Positions 12,979 to 25,215 of a stretch of 64,000 bases of DNA are shown here, in pieces. A model generated the notes under the pieces. The model ran no database searches and had not been told where the DNA came from. It saw only the letters and a list, made by a program, of their open reading frames with translations. Position 1 is the first letter of the stretch, and each line of letters begins with the position of its first letter. Location of the stretch: NCBI GenBank assembly GCA_973895155.1, contig OZ316895.1, forward strand, positions 9,412,184 through 9,476,183. Direction: 5' to 3'. This DNA is from Marsupella aquatica (taxonomy: Eukaryota > Plantae > Marchantiophyta). The position numbers and the translations under genes are program-made.

Positions 12979-15061
12979 ACATCATTCATCGTGGCCTTCA
13001 GTTTTTCAACTTACACACAAAGATAATTGTGTGCTGAATTAGAAGCACGAGGAACAAGTGTAATAGCATTCAGGGTGCTTTCAACATCAAGGTTGCACTC
13101 CTGTGACATATGGTCGCATTTTTTGGGTCCTTCAATAGTTTTTGAACATGTTCCAAGCTTGGTTACCTCTGTATAGGCGAGGTAAGTATACTTCGGCGGA
13201 AAAGGATTTGGGGCATCAAATTTAACAATGTAACCATACATGGGTCCAACAGGGAGACACTCGCCATCTATCATGGCTTAATACACTTCCTGCACTGCTG
13301 ATCTTGCAGCCCTTGACATGTCGTGTCTGTGGAAAAATTCAAAATTGGATCGATGATTGTTAGAATCGCCGATGAATGTGTAAATTCAACAAAACAATGC
13401 GCTCTGTGGCCGACAATTCAAATTCATTTGAAAGGATCTCTCTCATGGGCTAAGTTGCAACATCTGGGCCATAAGGAGGCAACCAATCTTGGCCATGGAT
13501 GATGGGGGCAACGGCAAGTTTTCAAAATTGGTCAGACATTCATCCGTTCATTCCCTAGTGTTTCATTGGAGGGGGTCCATCTATTCCTAAATTGAACTTC
13601 ACCTGTTGATTACAAGAGGAAGATTCTTCCAGAAGTTCTGCTAAACCTTAAGCCTCGTTGCCAGATTTACAGAGTGACATCCTTGTCGTTGGATCCAACA
13701 TAAATGTTGGATGCCTAACCCAACAGCTTGGTCCAACTAGTCAGGGTTTACCCACCCAAAAAAGCCCAGGATTGCCCAAACTCCACCCTCCACTCGAACT
13801 GTGTCCGGTTAGATACTGTGCTGCTGACCCAAGGCACTGTTCATCACCTGGCTACCCTCAGCGACCCAAAATGACCAAAGAATGCAGATCTCACAACAGA
13901 CAATATTAGAGTGTCTCAAACTCAATGAATTTTTGTGAGTCACATTGTTTGGGAGTGTTGTGACCCAGGGCAGCTGGAATGACTGGTTGGGTATCGAATG
14001 TGAGGCCCGACCAGACACATCCAGGAGTCGTGATCAAAACTGCGGGCGGACTGCTACAAGGAGAGTTTCAGTGTATTCATAGACTCACCTTGCGATTTTC
14101 ACACATCTTTGCCACCCCTCTCAAATCTGAGAGCCCTAAACTATCACTCCCAGGCTATACCCAGTTTTTTTTGTTTTTTTTTCAATATTTGAGATGAGAT
14201 GCCCTCTTAATTGCAATTCCCGTGACTTGCAGAAGTAAATCAAACATGGGCTATTGACATACAGTAAGGATGTGAATCCTTCGAACTTGAATGTTCAGCA
14301 TGTTACCGTGTTTCCATGAGCTACAGTAGCTGCTGAGCAGCTGAGCTCTCCCTCCCTCCCTCCCTCCCTCCCTCAGTCCCACTATGTGCTTTGCAAGTCC
14401 CTCCCACTGAAGCCATTAGCTCTGCAATGCTGTCTACAGTAAAGAGATGCCCAGTATGAAGAAGGATTGCGTTGATCGTGAGCACGACGATGAGGAATCG
14501 GAGCTGCAGTGAGAATTCGAGCAGGATTCCCCAAATTAGAGTACTTTAGCAACGACGAATGCACGAATGTTTTATGAAGGGACTGATCTACTTTTGTATG
14601 TCCCTTCGTAGATAGGTCTTCCCTTGAAAATCACGGTGATGGGATTCATTCCACCGTCCTCACTCTGCGGAAGCTGGAGCAATTCTCTCAAAATCGGCGA
14701 GCTGGCACTGATTGTTTGATAACGTTCCGTCAACTTTAGGCACAAAATCCAGAAATCCAGGACTCCAACTCCGGAAAGCCATAACTGAAGGCACATGGGC
14801 TTTGTGCCTGAGATGGTGATGGATGCTGCATCTGAGGTGGCCGCTGATCGAGAATGAAGGAAAATTGATATATGGTACGAGACAGAGGTGAGACCATAAC
14901 TCTGACCTTATGTGCGGGTCAATGTTTCCTTGCCCCATGTTTTAAATTCCTTCACCGGGACCAATAACCGGAGTGACACAAATACTCAACTTTCAGCAAC
15001 AACCCAACTTTCAGACGCCCTAATAAGCTCCAATAATCAACGAACTTTGCACAACTAGAAA

Positions 15062-16433
15062 CATTGTTTGGACGTTCTCATCTCCACGCAAGCCCTTCAT
15101 TCACATTTTATTTGCCCTCGGTTTCTTCGTCCTTCATATGACCGATACCCTCACATTAGGTGCGACCAATCTGAGTTTCGCCTTAGCATCATTGTCTTCT
15201 TATCCGATCTCCCCGAAGCCGAGCGAGGCGCCATGTTGGGAAGAGAATGAACCAGACATCGAGTCAGCTTGTGAAATTCGCGAGTTCTCGCTGGTATAAT
15301 TGTGCCACTGTATTAGCGCTCGAACTCCGCGAGATTTGGTGAGGTGACGAATGTTGCGATGCGCACTCTGCTTATGATGTAACGGAAACACCCTGTTCGA
15401 ATCGATCTATCTGTCTTCTCTTCTGTACCTGGCTACCACCAGTTTCATTGTAGCATAATTGTATTCTGATCCGATATCTCTGAAGCCTGTCGAGGAACGA
15501 GGATGGGAAGTGGATGAGCCAGACGTCGAGTGAGGTTGTGAAATTCTCGAATTTCACTGCTCTTTACTACTGTTGGAGCGCTCGAACTCCGCGAGATTTG
15601 GTTAGGAAACGAGTGTTGCAATGCGCACTCTGCTTGTGTGGATGGAATCCGGACGGAGTCGGTTGAAAGACCTTCCGGCAGCTGTTCTTTGTTTCGTTTA
15701 GGCCCTTGAAAGGTACCTTCGTATGGAGACTTGCGGCGGATTGAATTGACTGCTGGACTTGCGGGGCGATAATTCTCTGGCGTTGGGGCACTATGGCACT
15801 GCAGCTTAGGGTTCCTCTCAATTCGGAAGCTGCCCGCTGACATTTTTCCCCCAGCGACAAGATGGCTTGTCTCGCCTTTTTAGGGTTTGGTGTTTTAATT
15901 TGATTTTGGAACCGTGCTTAGTCGATGGATGAGTGCCAGATGAGCTGGTTTGCCTCAATGGTGTAAGCCTGGTGCAAATTTTGTCGTGGATTATGGCAAG
16001 GAACCCTACTGCATTCCGTTCTGCTGCTTTCTGTCGTTTGCAATGGTCCTGGGAATGTGCGTTCGGTATCCTGGTTGATATCCCTCGTTCTCCCTCTGGG
16101 CGTCTCCTGTTACACTCAGCTGGCCACTTGATTCGAGGATTCCCTTCCAGATGAAGATCAGGCCTGCGTCTAGGCGCACTGTTAGCTATCTCATACGTTC
16201 CGTCCAATTGGGGATCCGTGGACTTTAACATCAATATATGCGTTGATTGTTCCAGCTGATCAAAGCTTTGTGAGGTGATGTAGACACGGGTTTGAAACTC
16301 TTGAAGTGCGACCAAGGTTGTTTACTCCAATTTGCCACGACTTTGAATATTGAAAGGCGGTCCATTGCCCACCATATTCTGTTAAGAGACGCTGTAGACC
16401 GCTCCCTTTGTTCTCTTCTTCTTTTGTCTCATA
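15062..16433 (+). repeat. Copy 2 of the inverted segmental duplication (upstream/5' leader of the HDA14-like gene)
   Basis: Reverse-complement match to 7182-8683. Confidence 0.95.
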
Positions 16434-16866
16434 GGAGAAATTCAAGAGATTGCATCCGTGATCACAATCTTCACCTCTGATGGCTAATCGTCAACTGAGT
16501 GATTTCTATCAGAAAGTAGATGAGGTTCTATTTTAAAGGTCGGGACACCTCCGCAGGAAACAATGAATTCAGTAGATTGGATTGATGCCTGCTTGCAGTT
16601 TCAATTGAAATAGTAGCGTGATTGAAGTTTTTTCAGTGCCTGTATAAGATTCGCAGACCGGAATCTTCAACTGCACCTTGAGTTTTAAGTGACGTGTTGT
16701 CGTCAACTTGACTCTGTCTCCAGAGCTTTTGAAGATTGATTGAGGGACGTGTTGACTCAGCGTGCGTGGAATCCAGAAAGAATTTGGAGGGAAGGTCTCG
16801 GAGATTGATATTCCAAAAGTCTCCTGACGGCAGGGCCAGGTTTAGGGTTTCGCACTGCCTCCCACG

Positions 16867-18201
16867 ATGGCAGCTGTGCGTGGGGTGATGTTCATGAAGG
16901 CGAGCCCTAATATTGGCCTTCAGTGCCCTCTTAACCTCCGCCAGCAGCTTGCGCAATCTTTTGGCATTTCTCAGGAGGTCATCAAGAGACATTACAACAA
17001 ATTCTCTATTCTTGGGAGTAATTCTCCGAAGTCTGGCAGCGGTTCCAATCCGTTGCCCTTGTTCGGATCCAAGTCCAAACGAGCACTGCTCCTTCCAGTG
17101 TCGTCCCTCGTTGATGCAAAAATCATATACTCTTCATCTCCAGCATATGGGCATAATCAAGAAGGTCATCCGGAATGCAAGGCCAGAGTCACAGCTATAA
17201 TGACGGCCATAGAAAAGGCAGGATTCACAGATGAGAGTCGATCTAGAGACATATTGAACCTTCAAGCGAGAGGTATGGCATCGGTGGAAGATGTGGCTGC
17301 TGTGCACAACCTGAGCTACGTCAAGGGCCTGAAACAGATCATGGAGAAGGCTAGGGAGGAGAAGTCCATTGTGCTTGAGAGGATGGGTCCAACGTATGCC
17401 ACTCAGGACACATACCGAGATGCCATGCTGGGAGCAGGGGCTAGCTTGGCTGTTGTAGATCATGTCATTGCTGCATCCAGGGAAACAGCCACTCCTCCTG
17501 TGGGTTTTGCTTTAGTGCGACCTCCTGGCCACCACGCAGTAGCAACAGCACCAATGGGTTTCTGTGTGTTTGGAAATGTAGCAGTTGCAGCAAGGCATGT
17601 GCAGCGTGTTCATGGATTGCAGCGGATATTCATCATAGACTTTGACGTCCATCATGGAAATGGGACAAATGACATATTCTATGAAGATCCAAATGTATAC
17701 TACCTATCGACTCATCAGGTGGGTAGCTTCCCAGGAACGGGGAAAATGGATGAAGTAGGGGAAGGGAAGGGAGAGGGGACCAGCCTCAATTTACCATTGC
17801 CGGGGGGTTCTGGAGATGAAGCCATGTCAGCAGTTTTTGATGAAGTTATTGTACCTGCTGCCCAACGCTTCAAGCCTGACATCATTTTGGTTTCTGCTGG
17901 GTATGATGCTCACTATCTTGACGAGCTAGCCGGGCTCCAGTTCACCACTGGGACATATTATCGTCTCGCTTCAAATATAAAACAGTTGGCACAAGACCTT
18001 TGCGGGGGAAGATGCTGCTTCTTTTTGGAGGGTGGGTATAACTTGAAGGCACTGTCCAACAGTGTAGTCGATACCTTTCGTGCATTTTTAGGAGAGAAGA
18101 GTGAGGCTACTCGGATTGATAATCCTGCTGAAATTTGGGATGAACCCAGCGTTCTTGTAAGACAGGCTATTCAGGAAATTAAGGGAAAGCATTCACTGTA
18201 A
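16867..18201 (+). CDS. HDA14: Class II RPD3/HDA1-family histone deacetylase, HDA14-like, with probable plastid transit peptide; intronless CDS
   Basis: Catalytic motifs RPPGHHA, GFCVFGN, DFDVHHGNGT, SAGYDAH and LEGGY; HDA14-like N-terminus (IIYSSSPAYGHNQEGHPE); Ser/basic-rich N-terminal extension. Confidence 0.88.
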   Translation: MAAVRGVMFMKASPNIGLQCPLNLRQQLAQSFGISQEVIKRHYNKFSILGSNSPKSGSGSNPLPLFGSKSKRALLLPVSSLVDAKIIYSSSPAYGHNQEGHPECKARVTAIMTAIEKAGFTDESRSRDILNLQARGMASVEDVAAVHNLSYVKGLKQIMEKAREEKSIVLERMGPTYATQDTYRDAMLGAGASLAVVDHVIAASRETATPPVGFALVRPPGHHAVATAPMGFCVFGNVAVAARHVQRVHGLQRIFIIDFDVHHGNGTNDIFYEDPNVYYLSTHQVGSFPGTGKMDEVGEGKGEGTSLNLPLPGGSGDEAMSAVFDEVIVPAAQRFKPDIILVSAGYDAHYLDELAGLQFTTGTYYRLASNIKQLAQDLCGGRCCFFLEGGYNLKALSNSVVDTFRAFLGEKSEATRIDNPAEIWDEPSVLVRQAIQEIKGKHSL

Positions 18202-19251
18202 TTCTCAGTGAACAAGTTCAGACCCTCGTGATCTCTACTTTGTTTGACTCCTGACTGGTGCTAAGGGACAGCAGTGGATATCCATTGTTTCGCTTCCTCT
18301 AACAGCTTCATAGGCATCATGCATGATGAATTAGCTGGTGCTATTCTATCTATGTTGCATGGTAGGAGCCAATGTAGTCTATTGACTGTTCCTGTCACTT
18401 TTCGTGGAAAGTTTCATATGGAAAATGGCATATTTCAAATTTCAGATCCATGTCATCCATTCGAAAATGTGCTGGTAGCAGGTGTTGTACTAGGACGTAT
18501 TCGAACAATATCGAATATTATATTATCTCATTTGATGTCCTGAAATAGAATTCTATACAAATGATCTTACTAGTTGATCCCATGAGAACATGAAGCAGTG
18601 TCTGCTGGAGGTTCAGGTCTCTTCAGTTTTACACTCGAACCGACAGATTTCTAAGCAACATATGTTTACGAGTTTCTTTGGTGACTGGAGGAAGCAATTG
18701 ACTCGACACCAATTGGACTTGAGCTGTAGCACTCGCAGATGTAACGGAAAGCAGATTCCAAGCTTCCATAGTCAACCCTATGTTGATGAGCTGAAGAATA
18801 CATTCTTTCTCAGACTTTCCTAGCCCCCAAGTCTAGGTGCTAGGAACACAAATTCCCATTGCTAATTCTAATTGTGTTACAAAATCATTCGTTATGATCC
18901 ATTTTCAGTGTGTGGTGTTTGACATGATGGCAGTTCTTTGGAATTAGCACCTTGACTCTGTCTCAGCAAACGACCGCATTGCAGATAATGATATCTGCCA
19001 TTGTCTTTCATCTTCTTCGAATCTATATTTTTTCCTATCTATAGTTGTCCCTACCGTTCGCAACACTACCTTCAATTTCCAATCGAATCGGATTACTCAA
19101 ACTGGCAGCTGGGAGTGGGTAGTCAAATAACCCAGAAGATGATGTACGTTAGCATTTATTCAATTATTCACAACAAATATCACGACGCCATCGTGGAAGC
19201 AATCCACCTTTGCTGACATCTATGGAGGTGGATTTGAAAGCCTCACATAAT

Positions 19252-19584
19252 TGTACTCTGTTGGAATAGTTATTTGTTGACCATAATATCAAATGACATG
19301 TTTTGTCTTCATTTTTATAAGTTTGGCTTGATCAGCAGCAGCCAGGACACCATATAGATTTGTTCATCGTACACAGCTATGGCCTGAAACCAATTGGGAA
19401 AACCACCGTACAAAGGATTTTCCAAGTCAACTGGGGAGGGAAGCATTGTAGAAGGGGGGCGAGGAGTCTGGCCGGGTATGAAGAGCATGGCCGGGCAGGG
19501 TCTAAAGGGGGTGTGCGAAAAGGGGCAGACAGTGAGGGGAATATGGGGTAGGGAAAGGTGAATTGGCCAGTGGGGTTTATTAGG
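19252..19584 (+). repeat. Dispersed ~335-bp repeat, copy 1
   Basis: Direct match to 43847-44184 (tgtactctgttggaatagtt...ggggtttattagg). Confidence 0.9.
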
Positions 19585-20019
19585 ATTCCCCTCCCCCATG
19601 GTTTTAATTGCCAGTCTGCTCATATCATATTCTTTGCCCCGCCACCCCCCTCCCCCCACAACTGAATTTCTTCTCTCCACCCAAGACTGAAATTGTCTCC
19701 ACAAACCCCCAAAATCTGTGTTTACGTTCATGGCTCCCTTCCCTCTTGGCCCCCTATTTTATTTTTGATGGGTTTTGCCCTATTTCAAGCACCCCCTCAA
19801 TTTTCTTGGCTCCCTCCTCCCTCCTGGAGGTTTTATTCTTATTTTCTTAGAAAGACCTCTTCCTAGCCCAAGTCCTATAAAGTTCCCATCCAACTACTAT
19901 GGCATATGTGCATACAATCCTCCATGCCAAGTCCCCAACTTTGGCATGACAGAAATCCAGTTTAGGTGGACAATGGCGGATGGTAGCCAAGATCACTTAG
20001 GAGGAATGGGCAGGGTGCA

Positions 20020-21795
20020 TTGAACTTTGTGGCGGGCAGCGTACGGGTTGCCGCTAGTGTTGGAGAGCATTAATGCAGTGTAGATTTAACTTGTGGTGCT
20101 ACGAGGCATTACCCTTGGGTGAAAGTGGTGGACCTTACCACCCAGCACCCACGCCTAAGTGCCCTTGGTGCCCGAACGCCTCCACGGAACTCCTTGAGCA
20201 AGCAACTTGATGCCCCTTGCACCCCCAGCGGCCACTCCCATACGAAACCACACTTGCTTCCTAACATGATTGTTGCTCAATGGCCCTCACTGTCTACACA
20301 AGCAACCAAGCACTCCCATAAGTAACCCAAAAGGATCTAGATCTCCCAAGTCTAGCATCCTAACTCTCAATAGACATTGGTAAGTAGGTCAGTGATTGGT
20401 CTTCACCAACATGGCCTTGCCATAAGCCGGAGCCAGAGCCAACACCCACTGTTCATCCAGAACAACCCCTCTTTGGGTGCAGCCCGTGCTCCCCCTCGTA
20501 CCTATCTATCACCAGCCGATTGCCCTGCCCACAAGATGCTCATGGCCCAAATAGCGTAGCTTTTCCTAAAGCTTGTCCCAAGCTTATCCTAAGACGTCGG
20601 GATCAAAATGGCTCGACTCTAGCAACCAACTCACGGCTCTTGCTGAATTGGTAGCCTAGGGGCCAAGTTTACTTAGAACTCAACCTCCATGGCTACTTGG
20701 CCTTGCCTCCCCAACGCAAGCTCCCTTGGGAAATTGAATGCGGTTTGGTTGCTATTTCAGTAGGATTTGGCAAGCGAGCGAGATAGCTCCCACAAACCCC
20801 GAAAATCCATGGCACTCCCAGACCCAGTTGAGCTCAAGAGGATGTAGTCCTCCTTGAGAGTTTTCTAACGCACCCAATAAGTCCTCTAATGGACTTCCCG
20901 TTGAAAAGTTGTCACCGTTTCCGTTTGACGTCTCCCCTTGGTGTTGCGATCGGCACGGCTCACTACTTGGGCTCGCCCTTGGCCCCTAGGGAGACACCAC
21001 TCCCCTCATACATGCTTCTGGAGACCTGCCACCCCCGGACCAACTTTGGTCCCCATATTTTCTCCCCCCACTTGGACCCCAACCCGCATGTCTGGGCATG
21101 CCACCAATTGACTATGCCCATAACTTTCTAGTTAAGCGTCCGTAAGCGGAGTGCCTTAGCCTGTTGTGATCAAGCCAACCTAGTGCTGATGCCTAGGCCC
21201 TCAAAACCCGTCTTCACTCAGGATCCCTGAGTGGTCAACCACCGGGCCGTATCTTGTGCCCCAAGCTTCCGTTATGCATGAAGTAAACTCCACTAGCCTT
21301 GGGCCCAAGAGGAGCTCTCATTCAAGCCCTCATAACTCAAAATCCGCCCAGGGGTCCGGACGGTTGACTTTGAGTCCGGCCCTTTCCCATGACCCGACCA
21401 GCCCCCAGCTACTCTAAATCCTTAGTGTGAGTCACCAGCTGAGCACCTTACCTTTGCCAGTGCAATGCCTCATTGCCCACAAGTCTCCTCATGCTAAGCC
21501 TTCCCTGGATGGCCGTTTTGGGCTTGGACCATAGAGGAGCTCGGTGTCAGAGTCAACGACGCCGGAGCTAAGTGTCAAGGTAGTTGAGTTTCACGACTGT
21601 GAAGCTAGGGGCCAGCCTGGCATGGGGATTATGAAAATTGAATGAGAAATTGAGTAAAGTGCAAGTAGCAGACCCTGACGGATCAAATTTTTCTTGTGTA
21701 AAACTGAATTGAATGTTGTGTAATATTTCACTTGGGCTTTACGCTCGGGAATGATGATTGTAACCCGCTCGGGCTCACTGCCCTCAGGGATTACA
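20020..21795. mobile_element. Degenerate LTR-retrotransposon-like fragment
   Basis: Contains the gagagttttctaacgcaccc motif related to those in the solo-LTR-like elements and ends in GGGATTACA. No TSD found; boundaries uncertain. Confidence 0.4.
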
Positions 21796-21819
21796 GCCCA
21801 ATACCCTCTCTTGGGGATG

Positions 21820-22993
21820 GGTTACCCTACACAAGATTCGAGGCAATAGGTTGTGGAAATAACAAGAACTTCCATAAATGATTACACACTTAATTTATAA
21901 GGGAACATGCATTATCTGTGTATAACCATGTCCTGAGGTACTTGCTTTCCCATAATCTATTGCTCGGAAACTCATGATTGTCACCTTGTATATTCATTTT
22001 CAAAGGTACTTGCTATTCCCATAATCTCTTACTTTGCAACTAATGATCTTCAACCTTTTCCAGTTCATAGTAATAATGTACTCGGTGGGAGGACAGAAGC
22101 TACTCTAAGAGAAATCTTTACAATTAATGTTGAATATAAGCTAGAGTTGAGGTGTAGACTTCTAGAGTGAAGTCTCTATGCCTAACTCTAGATAAAGACG
22201 AAACTAGTAAGGACAATACTGCCAGTGAAAGGCTCACCAAAAAGAAGGGAGGGGCCAAAGATGAAGGAGAAACAACATAGATTTTTTGCAATGTATTTTT
22301 TGTCTTATCTTTACGAATGTTCAAGGAACGGGTGATTAGGCTAGTATAAGATAATGACAGTTCGGTCTGGGATTACTAGCCTGTAACCCTATGACCAAAA
22401 AGTGAGAAAACCCTTACCCGCGGCAAATGAGAAGCTTTTCTGAGTCTCCTTGGAGCGGGGTTCAGGCTAAAACTCCGCCAGTATTGTAAGTAACTAATTG
22501 CTCTCCGGAAAAAAGTCAGTTCAAGGCAAGAAATTATGGGAATAACAGGTAACTCCAAAAATTGTTACACATGGGTAACATGCATTCCTTACATAGATTA
22601 CTCACTCTGTGTACGAGGATCCAACACCATGAAGTTCTCCATCCGTGTTCAATCCCCGTGGATAATCTGGACTCTTAATAACATCTGTTCAATGCCCGTG
22701 GATAAGTTGGAAGTTACACGTGTTCAATCCACTGGGATAAACCCAAGATGAAACCAGTCTGGAAGTTCAATCCCCCCTCCACACACAGGGGTGTGGAGGG
22801 TATATGTGTGTGGATAGTGGATGAGAATTCTGATTATCGACTTGGCCCCTGGTTGTCTTCCAATTTGTAACCCTGTTTTAATCCTCTCTCTCTCTCCTGG
22901 TGCGGGTCCTGTCAGATTAGTGGGGACTCTCCCTGAAATGGGTTCCCTACAATGAATGTATTGGGGTGGGGAGAGACTACTAAGTGTTTTCCC
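21820..22993. mobile_element. ~1.2-kb dispersed repeat, probable transposon end (copy 2, inverted)
   Basis: Reverse-complement match to 8803-10013. Confidence 0.7.
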
Positions 22994-24656
22994 CACTTTG
23001 TTCAAGATCAAACTTTCAGGCTAACTTACACACTAGCCTTAGGCCTGGAAGATTTTGTCTTAAAAGTCATTTTTGGGTTTGTCAGAAATGGTTTGGAAAG
23101 ATCTTTCATATGACCCTACTATGGTTCCACGTCATTGAGAATTGAGACACCTCAAATTACCAAAGATGACTGTCTGCTTTCCTTGCCACGTATAATTCAT
23201 AGGTGTATTATGTACTATTCAAGCAGAAATGAGGGTTTGTAGCAGTCAATCGGGGTTGCAGATGCCATCCCAGCATTTAGGCAAACCTGGAGGTCCCCAC
23301 ATGCTTCAATTTCCTGACAAGTGTGACCATTCTTGGAGATGCTTACCAATAATTAGCCCACTATTGGAACCCACTGTAGCTCTTGAGCAGGCACTTTTAC
23401 TGCCCAGTAGGGTGCCAAGGGTCCCACTCTCTACTGTACTCTTCTGACCCACACTTCTGAGTTATATCCTCATTAGAATTAAATTAAACTGATGCCATCC
23501 AGAAAATGCACAAGTGCCTAAAAAGTACCAAAAGGCCAAAAAAGGAACAGACAAAGATCAGTCCCACTGGAACTCTCAATTCTCAAAAGTACAATAGTTA
23601 GCGGCCGCATTTATTTTCAGGAGTGGCTACGCAGACCCACCAACTCACCAACAGAGAGATTCAACTCAATTTCCAGCGGAGAGTGAGACTGGGACTGTAC
23701 TCTACAGCAGTCAATTTCTGGATTGGTGTCTGAATAAATTTTTAACCAGGAGCTCGAGTGTTTGAGTGCGTCCTTCCCTGCCCACTTACAGTCAACTCTC
23801 AACAGACAGGATTGCTGTCTTAAGTTGATGTCACTCATTGACTACATGAGTTTACTAGAGGATTCACAAAAGCTTTTGAGAAATCCAGAATTACTTGGCA
23901 TCTGCTTCTCTTCGTTGTAGTGTGGTAGGCAGAGGGCTCTCCCACAGCAGCAATGCGTTCCAGTGGTTCGTCATCGTGTTGCAGCTTCCAAGTCATCTAG
24001 CTAGACCTAGAAAGTAACTAGAATTAGATCCCGGATACATCTGTGAGAGAGAGAATGGCGTGTTCTCAGCATGAATGAATACTGGATGGAGTTTTGCATC
24101 AGTCCAGTCGTCGGGAAGACAATTGTGATCGATTCCAGGATGGGGATGGTGTGACTGCTCTGCAGAGAGGAGGAAAGGAAGGAAGGAGGCACGAGTCATG
24201 AAGGCCACTTGTGGGTCGGCATTGTTCCGTTGACAACCTCCTCTTCTGCAGATCTGTCTATCCGTAAGCAGCTCCTTCTTCTCGTCCTTCTCTCTTGTCC
24301 TTGATGCTGTTGTTGACTGTGATTGATTGCACGCTTGAATTGTAAGGGCACTCATTTGTCTGCTAGGAATGTAAAGGTTGAACAGCACCAAACCTTGGCA
24401 TACCGCACCCACATTGGTGTATTTTGCTAATCTCGTTGGTCTAGGGTTTCCAGTTGACCGCCCTTGTACTTTCTGGTGTAGGGTCAGTCGATCTATAGAT
24501 CATGTAGAAGGTTTTGTTGTCTGCTTGAAGTTCTTCCCTTCTCTGAGGTACTCGCTCTCGTCGTGGGAACCGAACCAAATCCACTCGATTTACTACGCTC
24601 TGTTTTTGTTCGGTCTTTCGTAGTTTCAATTAGTCACGACGAGGGCAGGGCACAGA

Positions 24657-24687
24657 GGAGGGAGGGAGGGAGGGAGGGAGGGAGGGA
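24657..24687 (+). repeat. (GGGA)n microsatellite upstream of the LIP1-like CDS
   Basis: About 7 perfect GGGA units; (GCAGA)n near 24907 and (GGAA)n near 25029 lie nearby. Confidence 0.9.
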
Positions 24688-25215
24688 TAGAATGGCAGAT
24701 CTAGCTTCGTTATGAGTTCAGATCAGCCGCATCTCCAGTCATCGCAGCAGCCGAAACAACAACCACCTCGTTAAGTGGACGAAGATGATTTTAGGTGCAC
24801 GAGAGGAAAACGGCAGAGTGTGCTTGCTGAGGCTGAGGTTTAGCGTGAAGTAGTGGCAAGAGAAGCAGCCGAGCGACGAGGCTTTGCTTTTGGCCAAGAA
24901 GAGCTTAGCAGAGTAGAGCAGAGCAGAGCAGAGCAGGGGAAGGGTTGCGACTCTGTTCCAGCACAATAACCACGACACCCTCCGTTTCGCTGGGTCACCC
25001 GGTACATCTGTCCCTGCAGATAGACAAACGGAAGGAAGGAAGGAAGGAAGGAACAAATAGAGCCCTCACTTGCTCGGGAATTATGATTGACAGCGGACCT
25101 GACAGCCTTTTAAGGGGTTGACATCGCACCTCTCTTTGACCTGCACTCTAAACTCTGCGTCTTTCATTTTTAATTCTGTACAGGAGTGGAGTCAGACCCA
25201 GTTGGAGCAGCTAGC

